DNA of 64,000 nucleotides from an uncultured delta proteobacterium. Lineage in GTDB: Bacteria > Desulfobacterota > RBG-13-43-22. Made by a program: the position numbers and the translations under genes. This document shows, piece after piece, positions 19,268-29,570 of this stretch; positions within the stretch are counted from its first letter, which is position 1; the number at the start of each line of letters is the position of its first letter. A model generated the notes under the pieces. The model was not told the origin of the DNA, did not search any database, and worked only from the letters and a program-made list of their open reading frames with translations. The stretch covers positions 256,001-320,000 of the forward strand of contig CAWBOS010000015.1 in NCBI GenBank assembly GCA_963790475.1, written 5' to 3'.

Positions 19268-20875
19268 TTACTGATTTTGAAGATGCTCCGCCAGATAGGT
19301 ATAGATATCCTTTACGCTCATATCAATATCTTCTCCCAGTTTAGCACAACTCAGATGAATCCGGCATTTGGGACAGGCGGTAATCAGTTCTTTGGCGCCG
19401 GTTTGCTGCGCTTCTAATAGACGTTCGGTCTGGATGGCCTTGGAACAACTGGAGCATTCCGTCCAGGCGCTTGTCCCGCAGCAAAGGGCATTTTCCCGGT
19501 TCCGCTCCATCTCTATGAGTTCTGTTCCGGGAACAAGTTTTAATAATTGCCTTGGCGGTTCATAAATCCCGGCCCCCCGTCCCAGTCGGCAGGAGTCCTG
19601 ATAGGTGATTACCCCCCCGGAAGACGGTCGCAGCTCCAATCCGGCTTTCGGTATTTCTCGAGCGAAAAATTCGGTCAGATGAACCACTTCAAAGGGCAGT
19701 TTCCCAAAGTATTTAGGGTAAGAATACTTAAAAGTCGCGTACCCCTCCGGGCAACTGAACAAAACGGTTTTGGCTCCGGAGGCTTTAATGACCTCCAGAT
19801 TCCATAAGGCCAACTCGCGGAAGGTATCCTCTTCCCCGCACCAGAGGGCATCGTGTCCGCAGCACCTTTCGTCATTGCTGATGACCGGCTCTATTCCAAT
19901 TCGGTTCAGCAAGGTCAGTGCACTCCGGGCGCTGTCTAAAGGTAAAATATTCAAATAGCGAAAGGTGATATCGAAATACGGCAGGCAGCCGACAAAAAAG
20001 AAATAGTCCCCCTTTGATTTGAAATGACCTGCCTTTTCCGCCCAGGTTGTTCTTTTCTGCGAAAGGGGATGTCTATGCAGACGGGCAATGACCTGTTGAA
20101 TCCCATGATGGCTTTCCATGGGGACATTCCCGGTTTTCCGAGCCCGGTTTCGAAAAGTACGGTTGAATTCCGCGATATCGATCCGGGCCGGACAGCGCGT
20201 ATTGCATTGGCCACACCCCAGACAGGACCAGACCTCGCGGCTCTGCAGAATCTCGTCATCGAGCCCCATAGCGGTTTGATTAATGATCCGCTTGGGGGAG
20301 AAGCGGGGATTTTCACGGTTCACCGGACAAGTCGCGTTACAACTGCTGCATTCCATACAAGCGGCAATCTGCTCTTTGCTCAGTTGGGGCGGCCCGTTTT
20401 CAAACACCTGGTAATCCGGAGGCACTACCCCGGAGAGATCCCATTTTCTATAATCTTGAAGGGGTTTTTCTTTCAGCCCTTGGAGAAATTGAGTAAAATC
20501 CTGGATCTCCCTGGCGAACTCGGCCCCTTCCGAGGCGGAAATCCATTTGACCCTGAGCCGACGTTCTTCAATTCCCAAAAGCCGCAGATACCCCTGGGTT
20601 TCTTCGATCACCCGTTGGCATTTCACATTACCTTCCAGGTAATGGCAATCGCCGATGTGTCAGCCGGCGACCAGGACGCCCTGGGCACCTTCGGCAAAGG
20701 CCTTCAGAAGGAAGCCGGAATGAATCCTTCCCGTGCACATCAATCGAATCAAGCGCACATTCGGTGGATACTGGATTCGTGAAATCCCCGCCAGATCGGC
20801 CCCGGCATAGGCGCACCAGTGACAGACAAAGGCGAGAATTTCAGGCGGATCGGTTAAAGGCATGCATGGCTCCAA
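19268..20875 (-). CDS. MvhD-HdrD-like fusion selenoprotein (Sec UGA at 20660-20662)
   Basis: MvhD CHWC/RLMCTGR/G-U-HIGDCHY in frame with two 4Fe-4S and two CCG domains; SECIS-like hairpin after the UGA. Confidence 0.85.
20626..20644 (-). promoter_or_regulatory. Bacterial SECIS-like hairpin
   Basis: CATTACCT-GGA-AGGTAATG stem-loop starting 15 nt after the in-frame UGA. Confidence 0.7.
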
Positions 20876-20934
20876 AATTCATTCTTAATTTTTCTTTTCC
20901 GAACGAATCGAAATTGAAAACTTTAACAACCTTA

Positions 20935-21136
20935 TTCACCGCAAAGGCGCGAAGGACGCAAAGAAGGATTATTATTGATTGCCGGTAAGGGGCCGGCAAT
21001 CAATAAGCTTCGCCTGCACCTTCCGGTAATTATTTGGCCGGGGGCCGATGTCCCGCCTTGGCGGGATTCAATGCCGCCTCTCACGGGATTGAACAATATA
21101 GATGGTTTTCTCTGCGTTCTTTGCGTCTGCGGTGAA
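20935..21136. repeat. Nested-palindrome intergenic element with ~9-mer repeat arms
   Basis: TTCACCGCAAAGGCGCGAAGGACGCAAAG / CTCTGCGTTCTTTGCGTCTGCGGTGAA arms; internal 14-bp stem. Confidence 0.7.
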
Positions 21137-21149
21137 AAACTCTTCTCAA

Positions 21150-24100
21150 TCACGAACGAAAGGCCCTGATCATGCCCTCAATCTGATCGTCCTGAAAATG
21201 AGCCGGGGAGACCGCGCCCGTGGGGCAGACCACATTACAGGCCCCGCACCCCGTGCACAAACTTTCATTGACCACAGCCCTTTTCCGTCCCTCCTCATCT
21301 GTCTTGGACTTTTATGGCCTCAAACAAACAGGTCTTCTCGCATTCTCCGCAGGCCCGGCAGAGATCCATATCCACCTGGGCAATCATCCCCTCGGCAGTC
21401 ATCATTTTTTTGGACAGAACCGTCATGGCCCTGGAGACGGCCCCTCGGGCCTGGGTGATCGATTCAGAGGCGAATTTGGGACCTTGAGCCAGACCACACA
21501 AATAAAAACCCGGTTTGATGAAATCAAGGGGCCTGAGTTTCGGATGGGCCTCCATGAAAAAACCATCCTGATCCAGGGGGAGCCGCATAGTTTCCGCCAG
21601 CTTCTGACCTTCAGGGTTTGGACGAATAGCTGAGTTCAAAACCAAAAGGTCCGCTTCCAACCGGACAGGCATCCGAAGTTGTTGGTCAAAAACGGTCAAG
21701 CTTAGCCTTTCCTCTTCGATGCTCACTTCCGGTTTTTGATCTCTCACATACTGGAAAAAGCGGACCCCCTTGATCCGGGCCTGTCGATAATAGGACTCGC
21801 GAAGGCCGAAGGTGCGCAGGTCACGATATAAAATAGAAACCTGCACCCCCGGATTCAATGATTTCAGTTTCAAGCTGTTCTTCACTGCCCCGGTGCAGCA
21901 CACACGGCTGCAATAAAGATGATCCGGTTCCCGGGAGCCCACACACTGAATCATCACCACCCGCGAATATTTTTTAATTTCCTCCGGTCTCAAGGCCAGA
22001 AGGGATTCAAAAGTCTTGCGGGTGATGACCCGCGGGTGACTTCCGTAATGATATTCATCCGGTTCATATTCCCGGCCGCCGACGGCGACTATGGTCACCC
22101 CATGAACGATTTCCCTGGATTCATCCCCGGCCAATATCGTCGTTGTAAAATGACCGCAGGCGCCCTTGGTCTCGACCACCTGGGCATTGGTGAAAACAGT
22201 AATCAAAGGTTCCTTGTCAACTTTACTGATCAGGAGTTCCACATACTCGGCCGGATTGGCCCCATCTTCGGTGAAATAAAGGTCACGTGCATTCCCCCCT
22301 AACTCATCGGTCCTCTCCACTAACACCGCCTCGTATCCCTGTTCGGCGATGGTTAAGGCGGCGGTCAGCCCGGCCAGACCCCCACCGACTATCAAAGCCC
22401 TTTGAACGACCGGATAGGTCGTTTCCGGCAAGGGGTTCAACAGTCGGGACCGGGCGATGGACATCCGCACCAGATCTTTGGCCTTTTGAGTGGCAGCCTT
22501 CGGATCCAAACGATGTACCCAGGAATCATGTTCGCGAATATTGGCCAGGTCGAAAAGATAGGGATTGAGTCCCGCCTGCCTCAAGGTGCTCTGAAAAAGC
22601 GGTTCATGGGTCCGCGGCGTGCAGGCCGCGGCCACGATACGATTAAGCCCGTGTTCGGCGATGGCTTTCCTGATTTCGTTCTGTTGATCGGTGGAACAGG
22701 CGAACATGCAATCCGCGGCATAGACGACATCAGGAAGACCTCGGGCATACTCAGCCACCGCTTTGACATCCACCACACCGGCAATGTTGATTCCGCAGTG
22801 GCAGATAAAGACACCAATTCGCGGTTTTTCATGGGACACATCTCTTTCCTTCGGTAGAGGGCCGGCTTCAATCATCATTTTGCCTCTGACCTCGGAAAGC
22901 AGGGTCATCGCCTTGGCCGCCGCAGCGCTCCCCTGCTGCACCGAATCGGGAATGTCTTTAGGACCCTGTAAACTCCCGCAAACATAAATCCCTTCCCGGG
23001 AGGTATTGACCATATCCAGGGGATCGGAAACACAAAAGCCGTGGTCATCGAGTTCCAGGCCCATCTTAAGCGCCAGGCTTTTTGCCGAGGGATGGGCACA
23101 GAGGCCGACCGAAAGGACAACCATATCATAAGTCTCTTCCTGAATAAGACGGCTGGAATCTACGTAAGTCAGGTTCAAGGTGTCCTCTTCCGGATTAGGG
23201 ACAATACGAGAGATCATCGACCGGACAAATCGCACTTTATGTTCGGTCTCCGATCTCTCATAGAAACGATCAAATCCTTTTCCGTAGGCCCGAAGGTCGT
23301 TATAGAAAATAGTGGTTTCGGTCCCGGACTCCTGTTCCTTGGTGATCAAGGCCTGTTTTACCGCCGACATGCAGCATACCGAAGAACAATAGTCTTGTCC
23401 GATATGGCTGTCTCTGGAGCCCACGCATTGAATCCAGGCCATTCGCCGGGGTTTCTTTCCATCGGAAATCCGTTGAATACGACCGCCGTAGGGACCGGCG
23501 GCGGATAGTATTCTTTCATATTCGAGACTGGTAATCACATTGGGCCAGCGGCCATAACCGTATTCCGCTTTGCGCCGGGCATCAAAGGGTTCTACGCCCC
23601 CGGCCAGAATAATGGCCCCGGTTTTCAAAAGGATGGTTTCATCCTCCTGTTCAAAATCAACAGCTTTGGTTGGACATATTTTTTCACAGATACGGCATTG
23701 ACCTTCGGTGAAGTAGCGGCAAAACCGCTTATCAATGGTATAAACCAGGGGGACCGCCTGGGGATAGGGAATGGAAATGGCCCGGCGATGATTCAAGCCC
23801 AGATTGAAAGAATCGGGGACTTTCATCGGGCACTTTTCCGCACAAAGGCCGCAGCCGATACATTTTTCAGGATCGACGGCCCGGGCCTTTTTTTTAAGGG
23901 ATAACTGAAATCGCCCGGCATGGCCTTCCAACCCAAGCACCTCGGTAAAGGCCAGAATTTCAATATTGGGATTTTGGGTCAGCTCAACCAGTTTAGGACC
24001 CATCATGCAGGCCGCACAATCATCGGTAGGAAAGGTCTTGTCCAGTTGGGCCATGATGCCGCCCACATTGGGCTTCTCCTCCACCAGATGGACTTTAAAA

Positions 24101-24192
24101 CCCGAGTTGGCGGCATCCAGGGTCGCTTGAATACCGGCGATGCCCCCGCCGATGACAGTGATGGAGCCGATTTTTTTGGAATCCTTATTCAA
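21150..24192 (-). CDS. hdrA: Heterodisulfide reductase subunit A-like (duplicated-type, ~1013 aa); +1 frameshift near 21305
   Basis: GGGIAG and GGGLAG FAD sites, LDKTFPT, two QCVGSR...YCS..CC motifs; final ferredoxin CTGCGACNVVCP lies in the +1 frame. Confidence 0.88.
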
Positions 24193-24265
24193 ACCAGTCC
24201 TCTTTTAAATACCTTTTTACCTGATCCGAAAAAGTCGAAGCTAATGAAAGCTGAATCAAACCGTC

Positions 24266-24508
24266 CTCTCGCCCGCTCCCCTCGGTCACTTGAGCACACA
24301 GAGATCGCAAAGAAAACCTTCCTATCTGGTCTGATTTCCTGAGAGGGGAAATCAGACCACCATTCTCGGCCTATGGCACCTGAAATTCCGGCCAGTCTTC
24401 TTTGGAGAAAACATCTTTTCGGCTATAGCCGAATGAGACGTCTTGAACAGAAGCGGCCTCTCCCCGCTTCCGTTCTAACTCTGTGTACTCTGGGCGCTCT
24501 GTGAGAGA
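24266..24508. repeat. Nested-palindrome intergenic element
   Basis: GAGCACACAGAG / CTCTGTGTACTC arms; internal TGGTCTGATTTCC/GGAAATCAGACCA stem. Confidence 0.6.
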
Positions 24509-24519
24509 TAAAATTTTTT

Positions 24520-25386
24520 TCATGAAGGACCTAACAGCCCCAATTCACGCAAGAGGGGCAATGGATCGGTAATATGCTTGGAAAGCCCTTTTTTCACGCC
24601 CTCCACCCCTAAGGCCAATCCGATCAACTCGGTAAAATAATAAATAGGAAGGGGTGATTCTTCTCTCGAAGCACTTCCCGCCCTTTCAAGGTGCATATCC
24701 AGATTGGCCTGACACATCTGGCAGGAAACCATAACTCCCTGGGCGCCGACCCGCCGAGCCATATCCAAAATTTTTTCCACTAGACTCAGCTCAACACGCC
24801 TCAAAGAAAGGGCCTGTGAGGCACCGCAGCAATCCGTTTTATAGGGCCAGGGGATTGGCGTCGCCCCCAGATTGGCGACAATGCGGTCCAGGGCTTGGGG
24901 ATCTTCGTAATCTGTAGCCCCGGTGATCTCCGGCGGCCGGTTGGCCATGCAACCGTAATAACAGACTACCTTTAACCCCTCGAGGGGCTTCCGGATTTTT
25001 TTGGCCACGGCTTCCAACATCTTTTCCGTGGCAAAAAAATTGGCCAGATCCCAGATGGCAGGAACCGAATGCGGCAACGTTATTCCCAAGCGATTATTTT
25101 GATCCTGCTGTAAGGTGTAAGAGGCCCTCTTCAAACGATTGAAACACATGGGACAGGGAACCAGCATTTCTGAATGGGGCATTTCCGCTGCCAAGGTCAA
25201 GGTCCTGGCGGCCAGGGCAACGCTGACCCGGCGATCAAGGCTGTGGGCTGCAGTGGCCCCGCAGCAGTTCCAATCCGGAATTTCATCCAGTTCAATGTCC
25301 AGAAAATCGCAAAGACCGGCGACGGATTCGGCATAATCTTTGGCCGTTCCTTTGAGAGAACATCCCGGATAATAAGTAAATTTCAT
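24520..25386 (-). CDS. hdrB: Heterodisulfide reductase subunit B
   Basis: YYPGC, WNCCGA, CPMC, YYGC, DCCGA, CQMC (two CCG domains). Confidence 0.9.
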   Translation of the reverse strand: MKFTYYPGCSLKGTAKDYAESVAGLCDFLDIELDEIPDWNCCGATAAHSLDRRVSVALAARTLTLAAEMPHSEMLVPCPMCFNRLKRASYTLQQDQNNRLGITLPHSVPAIWDLANFFATEKMLEAVAKKIRKPLEGLKVVCYYGCMANRPPEITGATDYEDPQALDRIVANLGATPIPWPYKTDCCGASQALSLRRVELSLVEKILDMARRVGAQGVMVSCQMCQANLDMHLERAGSASREESPLPIYYFTELIGLALGVEGVKKGLSKHITDPLPLLRELGLLGPS

Positions 25387-25391
25387 CAGAT

Positions 25392-25970
25392 TTATTTCCC
25401 CGGACTGCTTTTACTAAAAATTCGGTTTATCTCTTTTTTGTTTTTGTTCTTTGAAGGCCGAAAGGGCATTCGGCCTTTGGAAAACAACTTCCATCCCAAT
25501 CCAAGTTCCGCCACCAGGGTGCGGTCTTTCCACTTACCGAGGAGCTGACCGCTTTTCAGCAGATAGGTCGGCAGGAGGGTAGTTTCAAACACCCGGCCCT
25601 GTTTCTTGATTTGTTTTAAAAAGCTTTGATGCCATTGTAAAACCTGAGGCTCCGGGCAGGGAATATTTTCCCGAACGGCTATTTCCTTGAGTTGATCCAT
25701 GAGTTCGGCGATCCGAACCTCATTAGGACAGCGGGTGGTACAGGTTTCACAAGCCGCGCACACCCAGATGGTTTTGCAGTTCAGCACTCTTTCCCGCTGA
25801 CCCAGGATCACCAGGCGGATAACTTCATCGGGAAATAAGTCCATGGCAAAAGCCACCGGACAGCCGTTGGTACACTTACGGCATTGGAAGCAGGCCCCGG
25901 CTTGAAACGGCCCTTCTTTTTCCAAGGTTTCTAATAATCGATAATCTGGCGATAAGGTTTCCTGCACCAT
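25392..25970 (-). CDS. hdrC: Heterodisulfide reductase subunit C
   Basis: CFQCRKCTNGCP and CAACETCTTRCP; upstream of hdrB. Confidence 0.88.
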   Translation of the reverse strand: MVQETLSPDYRLLETLEKEGPFQAGACFQCRKCTNGCPVAFAMDLFPDEVIRLVILGQRERVLNCKTIWVCAACETCTTRCPNEVRIAELMDQLKEIAVRENIPCPEPQVLQWHQSFLKQIKKQGRVFETTLLPTYLLKSGQLLGKWKDRTLVAELGLGWKLFSKGRMPFRPSKNKNKKEINRIFSKSSPGK

Positions 25971-26004
25971 ACTGATTCCATGTTATTTAATTAATAAATC
26001 ATAA

Positions 26005-26089
26005 ACATAATTTTTGCCGCGACGAGACCGGCGAATGCAGACCAAACGACCGATTTTTGCCGGACAATTGTCGTCCAGCAAAATTATGT
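26005..26089. repeat. Short MITE-like element
   Basis: ACATAATTTTTGC ... GCAAAATTATGT terminal inverted repeat. Confidence 0.5.
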
Positions 26090-26127
26090 GTGGGTCCGTG
26101 TCAAAAAAATACTTCTTAAAAAATATA

Positions 26128-27426
26128 TTAATGGTTCTCTCTTTTCACAATTTCGATAAAAGCCTTGACCGCCCCCAAGGCCGTGGCCACAGCCAGCCCG
26201 GTGCCGCATTTCTCCCTTTTCCAATCCTGATGAGCCAGAATGGAACCGGCTGCAAACAGGGCAGAAAAGGCCGGTGTTCCATGACGATTCAGCGGACGGA
26301 AATGTTCGTCGATCTCCACTCCGGCCTGGTTTATCGGATGTCCCTGTCGGTCAAAAAAATCATCCCGGTGCCACATTTTTCTGCTCTCGGGTTGGTAAAC
26401 ATGGAGATTGAATATCGTTTCCCGAATAAATTTTCGATCAGCGGCCAACCCTCCGCCGAAAAATCGGCCCGTGGCCAGGATGACCCCAGAGGAAATAATC
26501 GTCTGCTTTCCGGTGGTCCTGTCGATTCCGAGCTCAAATGCTCCACCCGATCCCTGTCGGGCTTCAACCACTTTTTCTTGGGAAAAATAGCAGGGCCTTA
26601 TTTCACGCAGCCCCCGTTCAAAGGCCTCTTTCAGACGAAGCCCGGGAATAGAAGGGGGCATGGTCGGAATTTCAAAGACCGGAACGCCGAGCAACTCCGT
26701 TAAATCAGAAATCACCTTTGAGGATTGATACAATCCTAAAACGGCAGGAAGTCCGACGCATTTTGCTCCTTTAATCTCCGGCCGTATCACTCGGGCCAGC
26801 TTCTCCCGATTGCCCCCCAGAACCAGGGCATTGGCCATATGTTCCGGCAATACTTCCTCCCGGTGTCCTTTTCCAGGAAACATAACCCGGGCAGTTCGCA
26901 ACCCCGGCCATCGGTCCTTCAAATTTTCAGCAATCAAACCGGCACTGAACCCTTTGAGTCCTTTGAATTCGACGATCAGGCAGGGGCGCTTCTGCGCCAA
27001 GGCCTCCACCCCTGCCCACATAGTCCGAGGCAGGCAATAGGTTGTCTTGACCGTTCCCAAAGGGGTAACGATTCGGACATTGCCAGCGGGATTCCTGGAA
27101 TAGGGAAGCCCTACCCCGTCCAAAAAATCCAATAATTCGTCAAGGGCTTCTTGAATTTCTTTTTTTGGTGTCCGGGCATAGGGGTGTCCGGGTACATCCC
27201 TGGCCAAGGTTTCAATTCCGGCCCAGGGATCATCCCCTTGCTTCCCTTCTCTTATCGGATGAACGCTGAATAAATCAAAAAAACCGCTGGCTAATCCGAT
27301 TTCACTGGTGTGGCCCACCTGGGCCACTGAAAGACCCCTGTTAGCGGCGAAGAGAGTAGCCGCCATACCGGCCATACCGGCTCCGATGATGGTTAAATCG
27401 ACTTTTATATGTTCTGCTTCGGACAT
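26128..27426 (-). CDS. glpB: Anaerobic glycerol-3-phosphate dehydrogenase subunit B
   Basis: IIGAGMAG, LPAVLG, EIPTMPPSIPGLRL, LATGRFFGGGL, LFAAGSIL. Confidence 0.92.
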   Translation of the reverse strand: MSEAEHIKVDLTIIGAGMAGMAATLFAANRGLSVAQVGHTSEIGLASGFFDLFSVHPIREGKQGDDPWAGIETLARDVPGHPYARTPKKEIQEALDELLDFLDGVGLPYSRNPAGNVRIVTPLGTVKTTYCLPRTMWAGVEALAQKRPCLIVEFKGLKGFSAGLIAENLKDRWPGLRTARVMFPGKGHREEVLPEHMANALVLGGNREKLARVIRPEIKGAKCVGLPAVLGLYQSSKVISDLTELLGVPVFEIPTMPPSIPGLRLKEAFERGLREIRPCYFSQEKVVEARQGSGGAFELGIDRTTGKQTIISSGVILATGRFFGGGLAADRKFIRETIFNLHVYQPESRKMWHRDDFFDRQGHPINQAGVEIDEHFRPLNRHGTPAFSALFAAGSILAHQDWKREKCGTGLAVATALGAVKAFIEIVKRENH

Positions 27427-27528
27427 CTTATGAAAATTTCTAGCATTTATCTTCAGTTTGAAAATAGAGCATTCAAGGCTATGGCCTCTAATCTGAATTC
27501 TGACTCCTGGATTCTGTATTCTATAATT

Positions 27529-29109
27529 TCACTCCTCCAATTCTAATCCGAACAACCCGCAGTGCATGGCCTCCAACAGTTCGGCCTGTTGAAGCTGTTG
27601 GCCCCAGAGGATTGGACGCAGCCCTTTCCACCGGCTGCGGACAAATTCCCTGAGGCTGTCCAAGGACTGTCCGACATCAGACTCCCCCCGATCAAACAGG
27701 TAGGCGGTCAGACGGGGCCCGCAAAAAGCACCCTGGCAAGGGCCCTTGCCGATTCGGCTGCGCAATCCGATTCCCTGAAGGTCTGCTTTTTCCCCCTGGT
27801 TACGGATGGAACCGGCAATCGAATCAACGGCACTCCTGGGAACCATCTCACACTCACAGAGAATAATATCCTCCGGATCATGCCCTTTCATCCATATCTT
27901 GGGAGCCGAGGCGGGTTCAGTCCACCGGCCGGGCTGGGATGCCGGTAACGGTTCGGTTCGGGTAAGACAGGGTTTTGAGATTCCCAGGTGTTGACAAACC
28001 AGGTCGGCTGTCTTTTCGGCCATTAGTCGATAAGTGGTCAGCTTTCCCCCGCTGATGGTGATAAAGTTCTCGACACCCTGTGGGCCGTGATCCATGAGGG
28101 TAAAACCACGGCTGACTTTGCGATCATCCCCCTCTCCCGGTAAACCAATTAACGGCCGCACACCGCAATAAGCCCGAATATAACGGGTTGTCTCCAAGGC
28201 CGGGATCATGGCCCCGGCATCTTCCACCATCAAATCGATTTCTTCAACAGTCGGATAGGCCTTTTCCGGACTTTTTATTCGAATAGAGGTGGTGCCCAAA
28301 ATGGAAACCGTCCCCCCCGGAACCAATATGTCGGCATTAGAAGGAGGTCGTAAACGGTTTATAACCTTTCGGGCCAATCGATCATGGGTAATTAACAGAC
28401 TCCCTTTGGAAAAGAGAACCGGAATGGGAATTCCTGCCAGACCGGCCACCAGACCGGCCCAGGCACCGGCGGCATTAATGACCACGTCGGCCTCGACCAG
28501 AATCTTCTCCTCCGTTCGGGTGTTTTGTAATTGAACAGACTTTATTTTGGATGCGCCGATATCAAAAGCTCGAACCTCGGTGTGACTTAACAGGCGGGAG
28601 CCAAGCTGCTGAGCCTGGGCCATATTGTCCAGAGATAATCTAAAGGGATCGATGGCGGCATCCTGGACCTTATAAGCGGCGACGATCAGTTCTGAAAGGA
28701 CCGGCTCCAATTGACGGGCTTCTTTCAAATCAAGCGCTTGAACGGGAACACCGGAACGGTCGCACATTCCCGGAAAATCGGCGACAAAATGCTCGTCATC
28801 TCCCTGAACGGCCACGAACAAACCACCGGTATCTTCGACACATTGGGCGGTAAGGTTTTTCAACAACTTTCCTTCTTCCCGGCACTCCCTGGCCGCCTCA
28901 GGATCGGAGAAGGCATAGCGGGCTCCGCTATGCAAAAGTCCATGGTTTCCCCCTGAAGCACCGGCATTGATGTCTTTTTTTTCAACCACAAGGCACTGAA
29001 CACCGCGCAGGGCCAGGTCCCTCGCCAGACCGGTACCGGTAGCCCCTCCCCCGATGATGAGCGCCTGGGTCTTTATCAGACGATTCTTTGAACTAAGACG
29101 ATCTTCCAC
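27529..29109 (-). CDS. glpA: Anaerobic glycerol-3-phosphate dehydrogenase subunit A
   Basis: IIGGGATG, NHGLLHSGARY, GGKLTTYR, C-terminal BFD-like CECE/CQG..C; GTG start chosen downstream of the leader terminator. Confidence 0.93.
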   Translation of the reverse strand: MEDRLSSKNRLIKTQALIIGGGATGTGLARDLALRGVQCLVVEKKDINAGASGGNHGLLHSGARYAFSDPEAARECREEGKLLKNLTAQCVEDTGGLFVAVQGDDEHFVADFPGMCDRSGVPVQALDLKEARQLEPVLSELIVAAYKVQDAAIDPFRLSLDNMAQAQQLGSRLLSHTEVRAFDIGASKIKSVQLQNTRTEEKILVEADVVINAAGAWAGLVAGLAGIPIPVLFSKGSLLITHDRLARKVINRLRPPSNADILVPGGTVSILGTTSIRIKSPEKAYPTVEEIDLMVEDAGAMIPALETTRYIRAYCGVRPLIGLPGEGDDRKVSRGFTLMDHGPQGVENFITISGGKLTTYRLMAEKTADLVCQHLGISKPCLTRTEPLPASQPGRWTEPASAPKIWMKGHDPEDIILCECEMVPRSAVDSIAGSIRNQGEKADLQGIGLRSRIGKGPCQGAFCGPRLTAYLFDRGESDVGQSLDSLREFVRSRWKGLRPILWGQQLQQAELLEAMHCGLFGLELEE

Positions 29110-29184
29110 TACCACCCCAAAAAATAGAAAAATATTTCTCGAAAAATTTCCCGCATCGAGTATTCTTGAAGATCTTGGATCAAC

Positions 29185-29256
29185 AAAAAAGCCCTGATGG
29201 ATGACGAGCATACCCTCGGAACGCTTATCACCTATCAGGGCTTACTCTTTATTCTC
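29185..29256 (-). promoter_or_regulatory. Putative GlpP antitermination leader, copy 2
   Basis: GAGAATAAAGAGTAAGCCCTGATAG...CCATCAGGGCTTTTTT terminator between the promoter and glpA. Confidence 0.75.
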
Positions 29257-29300
29257 GTGCCCCAATACATCGTTAAATAAAATTTCCTTTTACTGCATGA

Positions 29301-29329
29301 AATGTAAGTAAAATTGACTTTCATGTCAA
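29301..29329 (-). promoter_or_regulatory. Sigma70 promoter TTGACA-17-TACATT of the glp-hdr operon
   Basis: Consensus -35 with 17-nt spacer upstream of the leader. Confidence 0.6.
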
Positions 29330-29387
29330 GAATTATTTTTATTGAGAAAGGACCGGCTTCCTTCAACCCCTTTTGCCGGACGAGATA

Positions 29388-29417
29388 AAAAAAGGGTTAG
29401 AGGAAACCTCTAACCCT
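29388..29417 (-). terminator. Rho-independent terminator after tRNA-fMet
   Basis: AGGGTTAGAGG-TTT-CCTCTAACCCT followed by a T-run. Confidence 0.8.
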
Positions 29418-29428
29418 GTGTGTGTTTT

Positions 29429-29505
<77 letters not shown>

Positions 29506-29521
29506 ACAGCCTTAAATTTTA

Positions 29522-29551
29522 TTTATAACATAAATTTATTAGAAGTGTCAA
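29522..29551 (-). promoter_or_regulatory. Sigma70 promoter for tRNA-fMet
   Basis: TTGACA and TGTTATAAA just upstream of the tRNA. Confidence 0.55.
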
Positions 29552-29570
29552 TCCTTTTCTGAATTGCCAA

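Noticed and set aside
21295-21297. TGA ending the hdrA ORF as a second selenocysteine
   Set aside because: The missing ferredoxin domain continues in the +1 frame, so this is a frameshift; the position is not a Cys site.
29110-29211. Extended glpA N-terminus from ATG 29211
   Set aside because: That start lies inside the leader terminator; a GTG near 29109 fits better.
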